The notes beneath the pieces were generated by a model. It searched no databases and was not told where the DNA came from. It worked only from the letters and a program-made list of their open reading frames with translations. DNA of 64,000 nucleotides from Alphaproteobacteria bacterium. Its GTDB lineage: Bacteria > Pseudomonadota > Alphaproteobacteria > UBA828. Shown in pieces: positions 26,988-37,569 of this stretch (the first letter of the stretch is position 1; every line of letters begins with the position of its first letter). The stretch spans positions 4,096,001-4,160,000 of the forward strand of contig OZ243972.1 in the NCBI GenBank assembly GCA_965214705.1, read 5' to 3'. A program made the position numbers and the translations under genes.

Positions 26988-28661
26988 GTAAGAGGGGCAA
27001 ATCCTGGGATGAAGCGGCGTGGTTCCGGCTTTGAGGTCCGGTTTGGGCAGGACCTCAGATGGCCTGCGGAGCGAGCACTGGGCCAGCGGTCGGTCGCTGG
27101 CGCGCGAGGTCGGGGAGCCAGGGGACACTTTCGGCACCTGGGATGCCCAGGCGGTCACCGAGGTAGTTCCAGAATGAGATGCCGTGGCGGGCACAGGTCT
27201 TCATGTGGGTGAGGAAGGCGTCGCGGCAGGCACGGCCTTGATCCGAGCGGGTTCCGCCCGAGACCTTGCGGCGGACGACACAGACGCGAAGGTCGTTCTC
27301 GGTACCGTTGGTGTGGGCCGGCACGTCGGGACGGTCGAGCACGGCGAGCAGCTTGTCGCGGTTGGCGAGGGTGCGCCCGATCTGCTCGTCGAGCAGGCGG
27401 TAGCCGGTGCCGGTCCGGAAGGTGCGCGCGAAGCTGCGCTCGACGACGGCGCGTCTGCGCGGACTTGGCTGGCGGCAATAGGCGCCAAGCAGCCGGTACG
27501 TCCGCCAGATGCCGCCGCGCACCTGATCGACGGCCGCACGGCTGGCGTCGCTCCAGACCGGCAACGTGCGATAGAGCCTCTCGGCATGGATCCAGCACAG
27601 GAACTGGTGCAGGCCGAGGTCGAACTGGCCGGCGTCGTCGCTCAGGATGGCGCTGTCCTCGCGCAGCAGGCCATGGGCGAACAGACAGCCGAGCCGGGCG
27701 CCCTCGGTGGCGAGGAGCCGGGCCCTGGGGGCGTCGATCCCGAGCCCGTCGAGGAACGCCATCCACAGCTCAGGCCCGTCAAACCGACTACCGGCATGCC
27801 CCCTCAACGCGTCAAGCGCCCGACGCGGCATGCTGTGGCTCTCCATGTGCCGGAACGCTTCATCGTTCAGCACGTACTCGTCGAGGGCGCCGCACATCGT
27901 GTCGAGGAAGCTCAGACGGCTCTTCGACCCCGTCGTTCCGAACCAGCCGAAGCAATCGTTGCCGATCGAGATGCAATAGCCGTTGCGCCCTTGATGGCGC
28001 GCGCCAGTGTCGTCGACCGAGATCCAGGCCGCCCCCTCAAGACCCGCCTTCAGTATCTCCGCCGCCTCGCCGACGAACGGTTCCCTGTTCCCGGTCAGCA
28101 GGCGCCGCACCTGACGCTCCGAGATGTCGAGGCCGATCGCATCGAGCAGGCCGGCGATGCGCGGGATCGTGCTCTGGCCCTGGTGGTAGAGCATCAGCAC
28201 GAAGCGATGCAGTTCCAGGTTGAAGCCGCCGATCACGCCGTCGGGCAGCTCAGCGACGATGATGCGCCCATCCGGCGTCACCACGCGCTCGCGCTGAAAG
28301 ACGACGTTGTGGACTTCGAGTTCCAGCAGTTGGGCGTGATAATCCTGATAGTCTTTGTGGACCGAGCCCTCGGGCGCGTCCTCTACGCAGACGACCACGC
28401 GCTTCGCGTCCTTGCGGCCCTGCTTGGGGCCTCGCCGCTTCTTCGAGGCGCCCGAAGAGCGTCGGCCTCCCTCCAGGCCCTTGCCGCCCGAGCCCTTGCC
28501 GTCTCCGTCGCCCGCGCCCGGTTTGATATCCGGCTTGCCGGGCAACCTCTTGAGTTGGCGGATCTCGGCCTTGAGCATCTCGATCGTTAAGGTGTGAGTC
28601 CATAATCGAATTCTGTGGAGTGAGTCATCGATTGCGGCGGGTCGCTTTATCTCCTGATTAC
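26988..28661 (-). mobile_element. IS66-like element with a single transposase gene; no target duplication seen
   Basis: GTAA..TTAC ends (26988, 28661). Confidence 0.7.
27055..28578 (-). CDS. IS66-family transposase (5' end possibly degraded)
   Basis: SVDDTGARH, LSDDAGQF, LCWIHAER, HTNGTENDLR..V.RRKVSGGTRS. Confidence 0.85.
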   Translation of the reverse strand: MLKAEIRQLKRLPGKPDIKPGAGDGDGKGSGGKGLEGGRRSSGASKKRRGPKQGRKDAKRVVVCVEDAPEGSVHKDYQDYHAQLLELEVHNVVFQRERVVTPDGRIIVAELPDGVIGGFNLELHRFVLMLYHQGQSTIPRIAGLLDAIGLDISERQVRRLLTGNREPFVGEAAEILKAGLEGAAWISVDDTGARHQGRNGYCISIGNDCFGWFGTTGSKSRLSFLDTMCGALDEYVLNDEAFRHMESHSMPRRALDALRGHAGSRFDGPELWMAFLDGLGIDAPRARLLATEGARLGCLFAHGLLREDSAILSDDAGQFDLGLHQFLCWIHAERLYRTLPVWSDASRAAVDQVRGGIWRTYRLLGAYCRQPSPRRRAVVERSFARTFRTGTGYRLLDEQIGRTLANRDKLLAVLDRPDVPAHTNGTENDLRVCVVRRKVSGGTRSDQGRACRDAFLTHMKTCARHGISFWNYLGDRLGIPGAESVPWLPDLARQRPTAGPVLAPQAI

Positions 28662-28977
28662 GTGCCATACTACAGTTAGTTGTGCGGTTATGCAAGTGGT
28701 ATATGGCGGTTGTGGGCTGATATAAAAATTCAGACCATCGGAGGCTCAGTTGCAATCTGGGAACTAAAGGCGTATGTCTGGGAAGATGGATCTGTCGTTG
28801 CGGAGGAGTTGCGGTGGAAACACGCTTGTATAGAGGCGACAAGGCGATGGCGTGTCGCGGCGTATCGGGATGGCAGCGTCTCATCTACATTATATGGAGA
28901 AATACAGGTGGTTGTGGCCGGAATGCGGGCTTGGGGAGGGGTTCCACACGGTGTCGCACTGCCTCCGGGGCGCTCTC

Positions 28978-29361
28978 ATGAGGCGCAGGCTGGCGGAGCG
29001 CCGCACACAGCACGCGGTGATGGCGACCGCGAGCGAATGGGCACGCATCCGCGAACTCGCGGCCGACGCGGGCATGGATCTCTCGCGCTACATCGTGCAC
29101 AGGGCGACCGTGGCAGACCCGCTGCCCGATACCGTTCTGCGCCGCGCGGTACGCGAGCTTCTGCTGCTCGCGAAGATCGAGGAACGGCGCATGGCCGACA
29201 TGGGGCTGGAGGAGCACTGGAAGGCGCTCGGCGATGCCGTCGATGCGTGGCTCGACCGGGAGGCGGAGCTCGACCGGCTGACCGATCCAGGTGCTGCCGA
29301 ACGCTGGCGCGCGGTCTCGGTGAGCGCCGATCCCGAGGGCGGCCCCGTGCCGCAGCCCTGA
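28978..29361 (+). CDS. RHH/MobC-like protein 1
   Basis: HAVMATASEWARIRELAADAGMDLSRYIVHRA strand-helix-helix pattern. Confidence 0.7.
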   Translation: MRRRLAERRTQHAVMATASEWARIRELAADAGMDLSRYIVHRATVADPLPDTVLRRAVRELLLLAKIEERRMADMGLEEHWKALGDAVDAWLDREAELDRLTDPGAAERWRAVSVSADPEGGPVPQP

Positions 29362-29364
29362 GCG

Positions 29365-29685
29365 ATGGGGAACGTGGTGCGCCGCACGCTGCGCTGCAGC
29401 CGGGCCGAGAGGGCCGAGATCAGGGAACGCGCGACCGCGCTCGGCATGCCGGTCTCGGGATACCTGGTCGCCTGCGCGCTGCACGAGGATGCGGGTGGGC
29501 CACGCCAGGACGAGCCGCGGCTGGTATTGTCGGAAGAACAGCAGCGGACCCTGTACGAGCGGGTGGAGGAGATGGACCGGGTGCGCCGTGCGCTGGGGGA
29601 GTCGCTGTCGGGCACCGGCCTTTCCGTGTTCGGCGCGATCGCCTTCATACAGCGCGCGATCCAGTCGCGCCGGAGCGGCCCGTGA
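29365..29685 (+). CDS. RHH/MobC-like protein 2
   Basis: RTLRCSRAERAEIRERATALGMPVSGYLVACAL; LVLSEEQQR.L. Confidence 0.75.
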   Translation: MGNVVRRTLRCSRAERAEIRERATALGMPVSGYLVACALHEDAGGPRQDEPRLVLSEEQQRTLYERVEEMDRVRRALGESLSGTGLSVFGAIAFIQRAIQSRRSGP

Positions 29686-30128
29686 TGGCGGAGCGCAGCG
29701 CAGCGCCCCGGGCGCGGATTGCGATCTCGTGTCTGGAGTCCGAGTGGGAGCGGATCCGCGAGGTCGCGGAGAGCCGGGACGTGTCCATCAACGACCACGT
29801 GATCTCCGCGGGGCTGAACGTGCAGCTCGACCCCGCGCAGGCGAACGCGCCGGCCCTGGCGCTGAGCGAGGCGGAACAGCGCCGGCTGCTCGACCGTGTG
29901 GACCGCCTGGCCGAGAGCATGCTGTCGACGGCCTCCGGAGGGTCGATCGAACGGCTGCGGCAGTCGGTCGAGCTGCTGCTCATGACGACGTTGGACGACC
30001 TCGTACTGCAGAGCCGGGAGCACGAGCTCGGGCCGCTGCTCGTGGCGGTGTTCGGCCCGGACGCCGGGCCGGTGGTCGAGCGGCAGTTCCGGGACTGGAT
30101 GGCGCGCAAGCCGCCGCTGCTCGGTTGA
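29685..30128 (+). CDS. RHH/MobC-like protein 3
   Basis: IAISCLESEWERIREVAESRDVSINDHVISAGL; LALSEAEQRRLL; TGATG overlap. Confidence 0.7.
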   Translation: MAERSAAPRARIAISCLESEWERIREVAESRDVSINDHVISAGLNVQLDPAQANAPALALSEAEQRRLLDRVDRLAESMLSTASGGSIERLRQSVELLLMTTLDDLVLQSREHELGPLLVAVFGPDAGPVVERQFRDWMARKPPLLG

Positions 30129-30226
30129 GCGACGCTGCGATCGTCCTCGGACGCGTCCCCGGCAAGCAGCTTGAACGGATATCCGAACATGCTCTCTCTG
30201 GAGGCAGCGGTGCAGGCCTGACTGGC

Positions 30227-33200
30227 TCACATGCCGATCCCCCCGCCGCGGGAGTGCTCGAGGCCCTGTTTCAGGGTCTGCTCCCGCACCTCCTTCTGCG
30301 GGTCGAGTTCGGCCTCGCGCCGGGTCTCGTCGGACCACGCGGCGCGGTAGCAGCCGCGCGCGGTGACCTCGTCTGCGGTGCGCCGGATCGAGGCGCCGGG
30401 CTCCGGCGCTTCGGGACCTGAGGCGTGGATCACCCGCAGCCCCAACTCGTGCTCGTCGGCGATCTCGATCCGCGTGGCGACCACGGCCTCGACCGTCCGC
30501 ACCGCTTCGTTCCGGCCGACAGCCTCGGTCCAGGCGATGCGGTCGCCCGCGACGGGTTCGGGACAGGCGAAGCGGCATCCGGCGCTGGGCACGGAGTACT
30601 GCCGGGCGGCTTCCAGCTGCCTGAGCCCCTCGTCGGACCACTCGGCACGGACGCATCTGACGTCCCGCAGAGCCCGCGCATGGATCTCTACGATCCGGCC
30701 TGCGTCGTCAAGAGCGGGCCCGTCCGCCGGCTGCACGATTCTCACCAACAGCGTGTCGTTCGCGCGCACGCCGCCCGTCTCCCCCGGAAACGCCACCGCC
30801 CCTTGGTGCACCGTGCCGCCAGCGCGCCAGGCGATGCGGTCGCCCGCGACCAGCGGCTCGTCGCCGGTCCACGCCGTCCATTGCTCCGGCGTCGGCGAGC
30901 GGGCGAGCCAGGCGGTCTCCCGCCCGATGGCCGCCCTCACGACCGGCCGGCACGCGGCCTCGCGGAGGGTCTCGCGGAGACCGGCCGTGTCGACATACTG
31001 CTGCTGCGACGCGGTAAGCTTCAGCGCCGAGGCAAGGTCCTCCTTCCAGTTCCGGTCGCGGTCGAGCCACTTGGCCGCCTCATGACGTGCCGCTTCCGGC
31101 AAGGCCGCGCGGCTCGCGAGGGTTTGCGCCATCTCCGTCGCGCGGCCGTAGCCCTCGGCGTGCAGTGGCAGCGTTTCCTGCCGCCTGGCTCGCCGCTCGA
31201 CCGTAGCCGCAAGCTTTTGGAACTCCGCGACCTCGTCGCGCAGCTCCAGGGTCTCCAACCGGTTCAGCACCTCCCGGACACGGCCCTGAAGCCGCGGCAT
31301 GTCGGCAAGCCTGGCTGCGGCCAGCATCTCCCGGGTGTCGGCCGGCGACTCTCCCAGAAGATGAAGGGCGGTCTCGCGAAGCTCCCGCGAGCGTTCCCGC
31401 CAGACCGGGACCGCATCCGGGGATGGAGGCTCGACGATGCCGCGCCCTTCGTCCAGCGCCGCGCGCCGATCCAAGTGCCGGGTACCCTCTTCGAGGAAAG
31501 CGTTGACGGGGGCGATCTCGGCCTCCACGCGGGCAGCACGGGCAAGCACCTCATCGACCGCCTCCCGCGCGTCCGGCGCGAGGCCCGCTTCGCCCCGAAG
31601 CGCCTCGGCGCGATCCCGCAAGTTCCCCCATGCCGGCAAGTCGACCGGATCGCAGCGCGCCTCGAGGCCCTGCCGGGTGACGGTCCCGCTGAGTTCCATG
31701 AACGCCCGTGAACGGAGCCCTTGAACTTCCGCCCCCAGCGCGTCCACGGCATCGCGCACTTGTTCGCGTTCGTCGGCTGCGCGGGACAGGCGCGCACGCG
31801 CCGGATCGTCGAGCTTCGCTCCCTCGCCCTCGCCGAGCAGCCGCAGTCCCTCGCGGCGAAGCTTTTCAGCCGCGTCGATCCGCGGGTCCAGGTCTTGCGC
31901 CGCAGGCACGACCTCCTCCAGGCGATGCCGGCAGTCCCGCAGAAACGCCTCGATGCGGCGCCCGGCCTCAAGGTCATCCGGAGTGAGTCGTTGCACCGTT
32001 TCCCGAGAAGACGGCTCGGTGATCGGGACCCACGCCGCGACCGTCCGGCGCACGGCTTCGGGGAGCTCGTGGCGCCCCAGCGCCTCCGCCCGTTGCACGA
32101 GCCCCGCCGCCCCCGCCATCCCGCCGGGGTCGATCCCCAGTCTCTGCGCCTCCGCCTCATGGCGGGCGACCGCTTCGCAAAACCGTTCTCCCTCGTCGAG
32201 CCGGAAGCCCTGCGCGATCCGCCCGAGCGCGGCCGCGATCCGCCCGAAGAAGCCCGGGGTCTCCTGCATCCGCCTACCGGTCTCCTCCAGCGCCGCGCCC
32301 TCGGCCCGCCACGCCGCATGCTCCGGCAGCGCGGATACCGCCACGCCGCGCTCCTCCGCCGCCCACTTGAGGAGAGGCTGCCGGCGGCAGTGCATCTCCG
32401 CCTCGTGCACGAAGGCCAGCGCGTCGCGCCGCCGTTCCACGATCCCGGCGTCCCGCTCACGCACCTCGTCGACGAAGCCCTGCATCTCCGGCGGCAGATC
32501 CGTTTCGGCAGCAAGGGCATGTACGCCGGTCACGATCCGGGCGTAGCCGTCAATCCGGTCGAGCGCGGTACGCTCGGCCTCGGCCCGCGCCACGAGGGCA
32601 CGCCAGTCGTCCCTCAGCTCGCGCAGCATCCCGATGGTTGCATCAGCCGGGCCGGGGGGCGCATCGTCGTCCCCCACGGCCTCCAGCGCCGTCATGCGGA
32701 TACTCGCGTTCTGCTCCAGCGCCTCCTCCAGGCTCTCCCGGTTGTCGGTCACCAGCACGAAGCGGTCCCGCGCCCGGCTCGCCTCCACGTAGAGCCCCGC
32801 CTGGCCGGTCAGACGGCCGTGCCCGGTATCCAGCACGCCGATCGCCGCATCCCGCGTCATGCCCTGCGCCCCGTGCACCGTCGTGCTCCAGGCGTGGTCG
32901 ATATGGCGAAGCTGCGGATCGTCGCGGGAAAGCGACAGCCGCTTGCCGCCGCCGAGGTCGAACTTCACCCGGCGGGAGTCGATCCCCAGCACCACCGCCT
33001 CCCCGCCGTTGACGAGGCCGTGCCGCTTGTCGTTCCTGGTCCAGCGGACACGGTCGCCCGCCCGGATCCGGATGCGCGCCGTCTCGTAGATCCCGAAACG
33101 GTAGCGCACCCAGTGGTCGTCCGGCCGGATGTGGACCGTGCGCCCCGAGGGGTGCTCGAGGAAGACCAGCCCGCCTTCGGCGCGGGCGATCCGGCAGGCG

Positions 33201-35386
33201 TCCCCATCGTCCACCCTGAACGGCGGCACCCGCGAGTGGAAGATCACCACGTCCCCCGGCTCGTGGTTGCGCACGTCCGCCCTCTGGGCCGCCGTCAGGT
33301 GCCGGTTCACGTAGCGCTCGATCTCGATCTCGCGGCCGTGCAGCACCCCCTCACGGGCGAGCCCCTCGCGCACCGCGCGGTGGATCTCGGCGCGGAGGAA
33401 GTGGGTGGGCGCGAGGATCGCCGTTCCTTCGCGCTGCTCCCCGTCGAGCGCGAGCCAGAGCCGGGCCGCCTCCGCCCCCAGCTCCTCGTGCGCCACCTCG
33501 CGCACCTCGAGCTCTTGCGCGGCCTCCGCCGGCAGGCCCTGCTGCAGGGCCTCCACGGCGCGCCTGAGGCCCGGATCGCGCTGGCGCAGGATCTCGTCCA
33601 TCTCCGCCATCGCGATGCCCGCATCCTGCAGGGCGCGGAACGGCTCGCCCGCGCCGGCCGCGCGCAGCTGGCCGCGGTCGCCCACCAGCACCAGCCGCGC
33701 GACGCGCAGCCGCTCCGAGATCCGCATCAGCAGCTGCATCTGCGCCGTCGACGTCATCGACGCCTCGTCCAGCACCAGCACCGAGCCCTCGTGCTCGCGC
33801 CTTGCACTGGCCGTCTTCTCCGCATTGCCGACGTCGCCATAGCGCGTCAGGAACCATTGCAGCGTGCGTGCGCGCGCGCCGGTCTCGTCCGCCAGCACCC
33901 GCGCCGACGACGACGACGGCGCAAGCAGGATCGCCTTGCGCTCGCCGATAAGGTCCAGCGCCTCGCGCAGCATCGTCGTCTTGCCCGTCCCCGCCGCGCC
34001 CTGCACCGCCACGAACCGGTCGCGCGACAGCAGGATCGTGCGCACCGCCTCCCTCTGACCCTCGGTGAGGGTGGTCTGTTCCATTCGATGCGATACGCGC
34101 GCTTCCTCCGCCAGCGCGTCCCCAGCACCTACGCCATCGCGCATGCGGACCACGATCTCGCGCTCGGACCGCAGCGCCTCGCCCGTCACGAAGGAGCGCC
34201 CGCTCCGCACCCTGGCCTCCACCAGGTGGCCGTCAGCCAGCAGCCCCGTCACCGCCGCGTCGATCTCGCCGAGCTCGTGCCGGCCAGGCGCATGGCTCAG
34301 CGCGATCGCCCGGATATCGCTCTCCCGCAGCACCGACGCGCGCTCAGCAAGATGCTCCACCGCCCGCCAGACGATCTCGCGGGGGCTGAGACCCTGGCGG
34401 TCGGGCCGCAGCTCCTGTTCCGTCCTTACATAGGGCCGGCCCTTGTGGGTCTCTCGCGACTGGCGCCTGTCCTGCGCGCGATCCTGCCGGGAGAGGCTGC
34501 GGTCATGAGATATCCCCTCGGCCCGCCCCTTCCACTCCGTCTTCAGCGCGTCGATATCCTTGTCGACCTTGTGCTTGCGCGTGATCAGCGCCGCCTGCTG
34601 CGTCAGCGCCGCGCTGTAGGGCAGACCGTGCTCGTCCAGCCAGGCAAGGATCTCGCGGCGCCGCGACGAGAACGTGTCCAGCAGCGCGCGCGGGTAGCCC
34701 GCGATCTCGAATCCCGGGACCCCGCCGATCATCGTCGTCTCCGTGCGGTAGCCCAGATCGATCAGCCGCCGCGCCAGCTCGTGGCGGTAACAGGCGCCGA
34801 TCAGCTTCACGTTGCGGCGGATCTCCGTGGGCTCCACGCTCCGCCACTCTCCCGCCCGGTTGCGCGTCATGTTGGCGAGGACGCAGTGCGTGTGCAGCTG
34901 CGGGTCCTGGTCCCGGCTCGTCAGGTGCCGGAACCCCGCCGCCACCAGGCCGTCCGCCGCCACCCGCGGGCGCCGCCCTGTCGCCGGGTCATAGCCGCGC
35001 GTCTGCAGAAGCTCCGCCTCGACCCAGTCCAGCGTCGACCTGACCGCCGCGTCGTGGGCGCTCAGCACTTGCCGGTTGCCGTAGAGCAGCGCCTCCAGCG
35101 ACACCGACTTGGGCGCAGACAGCGTGAGGTCGAGCCCAGGCCGGTGCTCGTGCTCCCCGCCGCGCGCCCTGCCGAGCCGGATCTCCGTCCCCGGAACGTG
35201 GCCGGCAAGAACGCGCTCGAAGGTCCTGGGCGAGACGTGCTGCGGCAGGCCCAGCGCCGCCGCCCCCTCGCCGTGCCAGAAGCTCGCGCGCCGGTGCCGC
35301 GCGTCGTTCTTCGCGTAGTAGCCCTCGCGCTCGAAATACGCCACCGTCATCGCGCTCGAGCCGAGATCGCTCAGGCTCGCGACCAT
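30227..35386 (-). CDS. MOBF (TrwC/TraI-like) relaxase-helicase with long C-terminal extension, 1719 aa
   Basis: YFEREGYY, DLTLSAPKSVS, FRHLTSRDQDPQLHTH (HUH), QGAAGTGKTT, LDEASM, TVHGAQG.T, YVEASRAR; C-terminus ..RGGGIGM. Confidence 0.93.
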   Translation of the reverse strand: MVASLSDLGSSAMTVAYFEREGYYAKNDARHRRASFWHGEGAAALGLPQHVSPRTFERVLAGHVPGTEIRLGRARGGEHEHRPGLDLTLSAPKSVSLEALLYGNRQVLSAHDAAVRSTLDWVEAELLQTRGYDPATGRRPRVAADGLVAAGFRHLTSRDQDPQLHTHCVLANMTRNRAGEWRSVEPTEIRRNVKLIGACYRHELARRLIDLGYRTETTMIGGVPGFEIAGYPRALLDTFSSRRREILAWLDEHGLPYSAALTQQAALITRKHKVDKDIDALKTEWKGRAEGISHDRSLSRQDRAQDRRQSRETHKGRPYVRTEQELRPDRQGLSPREIVWRAVEHLAERASVLRESDIRAIALSHAPGRHELGEIDAAVTGLLADGHLVEARVRSGRSFVTGEALRSEREIVVRMRDGVGAGDALAEEARVSHRMEQTTLTEGQREAVRTILLSRDRFVAVQGAAGTGKTTMLREALDLIGERKAILLAPSSSSARVLADETGARARTLQWFLTRYGDVGNAEKTASARREHEGSVLVLDEASMTSTAQMQLLMRISERLRVARLVLVGDRGQLRAAGAGEPFRALQDAGIAMAEMDEILRQRDPGLRRAVEALQQGLPAEAAQELEVREVAHEELGAEAARLWLALDGEQREGTAILAPTHFLRAEIHRAVREGLAREGVLHGREIEIERYVNRHLTAAQRADVRNHEPGDVVIFHSRVPPFRVDDGDACRIARAEGGLVFLEHPSGRTVHIRPDDHWVRYRFGIYETARIRIRAGDRVRWTRNDKRHGLVNGGEAVVLGIDSRRVKFDLGGGKRLSLSRDDPQLRHIDHAWSTTVHGAQGMTRDAAIGVLDTGHGRLTGQAGLYVEASRARDRFVLVTDNRESLEEALEQNASIRMTALEAVGDDDAPPGPADATIGMLRELRDDWRALVARAEAERTALDRIDGYARIVTGVHALAAETDLPPEMQGFVDEVRERDAGIVERRRDALAFVHEAEMHCRRQPLLKWAAEERGVAVSALPEHAAWRAEGAALEETGRRMQETPGFFGRIAAALGRIAQGFRLDEGERFCEAVARHEAEAQRLGIDPGGMAGAAGLVQRAEALGRHELPEAVRRTVAAWVPITEPSSRETVQRLTPDDLEAGRRIEAFLRDCRHRLEEVVPAAQDLDPRIDAAEKLRREGLRLLGEGEGAKLDDPARARLSRAADEREQVRDAVDALGAEVQGLRSRAFMELSGTVTRQGLEARCDPVDLPAWGNLRDRAEALRGEAGLAPDAREAVDEVLARAARVEAEIAPVNAFLEEGTRHLDRRAALDEGRGIVEPPSPDAVPVWRERSRELRETALHLLGESPADTREMLAAARLADMPRLQGRVREVLNRLETLELRDEVAEFQKLAATVERRARRQETLPLHAEGYGRATEMAQTLASRAALPEAARHEAAKWLDRDRNWKEDLASALKLTASQQQYVDTAGLRETLREAACRPVVRAAIGRETAWLARSPTPEQWTAWTGDEPLVAGDRIAWRAGGTVHQGAVAFPGETGGVRANDTLLVRIVQPADGPALDDAGRIVEIHARALRDVRCVRAEWSDEGLRQLEAARQYSVPSAGCRFACPEPVAGDRIAWTEAVGRNEAVRTVEAVVATRIEIADEHELGLRVIHASGPEAPEPGASIRRTADEVTARGCYRAAWSDETRREAELDPQKEVREQTLKQGLEHSRGGGIGM

Positions 35387-35432
35387 GCCTCTCGGCCCTT
35401 GGCGGCAAGAGCTGCCGCGTTCGCCGCGCCGA

Positions 35433-36590
35433 TCACGGGTGCCGGACGTCGAAGCTGCATGTGACGACTTCGCCCGCCCGCCAGGACTTGAGCATGCAGT
35501 CCTTGACCTTCCGGCCGTGACGCTCCCACACCCCCTGCTTCCAGCCCCCAGTGTCGTCGTAGGGGGCGAATGCGCCGAACTCGCTCTGCCCAAGCGCGCC
35601 CGCAAACACGAACAGCGGCGCGGCGATCGCCAGCGCGATTGCCAGCGCCGGAAGCGTCCAGCGCCGAATGCGCGTCCACTCCTGCCGGGCCTCCTTCAGC
35701 GCCTCCCCCCTGGCCGTGCCGAATTCCTGCAGGAACCTGAAGCCCGTCATGGCGAGCTTGTCCACGTTGTCGGCGGTCTTCGCCGCAGCATCGCGCTGCG
35801 CCGCGCTGTTCGCCCCGATGCTCTCCTGCATGCGCTCGGTCCAGGGGCCGATCGACGTCTCCAGACGGGTCACCATGTGATCGCCCGCGTCGAGACGCTT
35901 CGACAGCGCCCTCATCTCGCCCAGGCTGGTCTTCGCCTCGGCGATCCACTCCCGGTAGTACCCGGCGAGTTCCTGCTTGACCGCCCCCAACTCCGACGAT
36001 CTCCGGTCGAGGCCCTTCGCCGTGGCGTCGAGCGACGCCACGACCTTGTCCAGCCCCTCCTTCAGCACATTCAGCTGCGCCAGCGCCGCGTCGAGATCCC
36101 TGTTCCCGCTCTTCAGCCCTTCGATCTGCTTGCCGGTCGACGCCAGGATCTCCGAAATCGCCGCCTTGATGTCGTTGACCCACTCGGTCGCCGCGCCGAC
36201 CTGCTCCGTTTGCCCGGCGATGGTCCGGGCTGCCGCGGCAAGATCGGTCTCGCCAGCCGACAAGACCGCGACCTTCTTGTCCATATCCTCCAACAGGGCG
36301 AGCATGCGACGCAGAACCGCGTCGGACGACGCGACCTCGGTCGACGCGACCGCGGTCGGCGCAACGTCCGATGACGGGACCGGCCCGGCCCGGCCCGCAG
36401 GGTCCGTGGCCGCCTCCGCCGCGGGCGGGGAATTAGGGGGAGGTGGCGACGCGGCACCCGCATGTGGTCGGCGCGGCTTCTGCCTGTCACCAGCCCGCTC
36501 CGCTGCGGCCTTCGTGGAGCCGAACAGAAGACTGCGATCCTCATCGTCCGGCGGCGGGGACTGGTTTCCATTGTTGTCGGTGGAACTCAT
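35433..36590 (-). CDS. Coiled-coil protein with a C-terminal TM helix, upstream of the relaxase
   Basis: GAGAGGAG RBS; heptad-rich core; hydrophobic LPALAIALAIAAPLFVFAGAL. Confidence 0.75.
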   Translation of the reverse strand: MSSTDNNGNQSPPPDDEDRSLLFGSTKAAAERAGDRQKPRRPHAGAASPPPPNSPPAAEAATDPAGRAGPVPSSDVAPTAVASTEVASSDAVLRRMLALLEDMDKKVAVLSAGETDLAAAARTIAGQTEQVGAATEWVNDIKAAISEILASTGKQIEGLKSGNRDLDAALAQLNVLKEGLDKVVASLDATAKGLDRRSSELGAVKQELAGYYREWIAEAKTSLGEMRALSKRLDAGDHMVTRLETSIGPWTERMQESIGANSAAQRDAAAKTADNVDKLAMTGFRFLQEFGTARGEALKEARQEWTRIRRWTLPALAIALAIAAPLFVFAGALGQSEFGAFAPYDDTGGWKQGVWERHGRKVKDCMLKSWRAGEVVTCSFDVRHP

Positions 36591-37084
36591 GGCGCGCTCC
36601 TCTCATGCCGACATGCGAAGGGCACGTCAGCAATGCCGGCCGCCACGCGCCTCCCTGATCCGCGTGACGCGGACCGCGAAACGGCCATCCGCCGACAGAA
36701 TAACACCCACCGACCAAGACGGTTCCAGGCAATTGCAGCAGAAGCGGGTGCACGAGATGAACGGCCAGGCGCCGCGAAGGAGCGATGCCCCGTGGAGAGA
36801 ATTCGGCAGGCGCACGCAGCTGCAGCAAAGGCCAGAGGAGTCTTCCGCCTGGATGGCCGGCGCCTTGCCGGAGCGCCACACCGGGATGTAGCCTCGGGCC
36901 GCCCGGACGGGTCTCCGCGAGGAAAGCGTGGGAACCGGCAATCCCTGTCTCGGCCGGCTCCCACGCATTCCGTCGAGTTCGGGACGCATGTCCGTCGGCG
37001 GCCGCAGTCGGACCCCGTGCAAACCGGCAGCACAGATTCTCGCAACCTGCTGAGCGATGGCAAGTCGCATGGGCGACGCAGAAC

Positions 37085-37252
37085 CGGCGGCTCCCACGCA
37101 GTCAGCGCCGGGTCGATATCCGAGACAATCTCGACCCCGTCGGAACCGAGGCCCGGAAACGCCAGCGCGGCCATGGCCTCGGCTTCGGTCTCGAATGTGT
37201 CCAACGCCAGACCGGTGGCGATCTCGACGATGGTGAAGCGCGCCTCGGGCAC
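37085..37252 (-). pseudogene. Remnant matching the C-terminal domain of 9484..10290
   Basis: FTIVEIATGLALDTFETEAEAMAALAF..L..DGVEIVSD versus ISVVELETGDELGVFETESEAAACIAF..L..DQVEIRSN. Confidence 0.65.
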
Positions 37253-37569
37253 CGGCGCTCCGCGACGATCCGGCGAACGCGCCCGCGAGCAACTCCGGCT
37301 GGCACGCCGACGAGCGTACCGCTTTCGATCGGCGGCTGTTGTTCGGCGCGCGTGTTGGACGCCGATCAGCGTAGTAAGGCGTTGATTCGCTTTGATTCCG
37401 AGTGGTCAAACAACGACGCCGAACAACAACCCCGGAGCAAGAACCAAATCAACTCCGCCGCCGACAGGGATTCCGACGAATTGTCGGGGGCCGTATTCCA
37501 CCCCAGTCCACGCCGATCGCGTTCCAATTAACGCGAGAGCCAAGCGCGAACAACACCGCTCCCAACGGT

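Noticed and set aside
36600-37080. Possible oriT upstream of the relaxase operon (GGTGGGTGTTA and CCCGGTGTGG on the minus strand; hairpin 36926-36966)
   Set aside because: Only loose resemblance to MOBF nic sites; cannot be placed with confidence.
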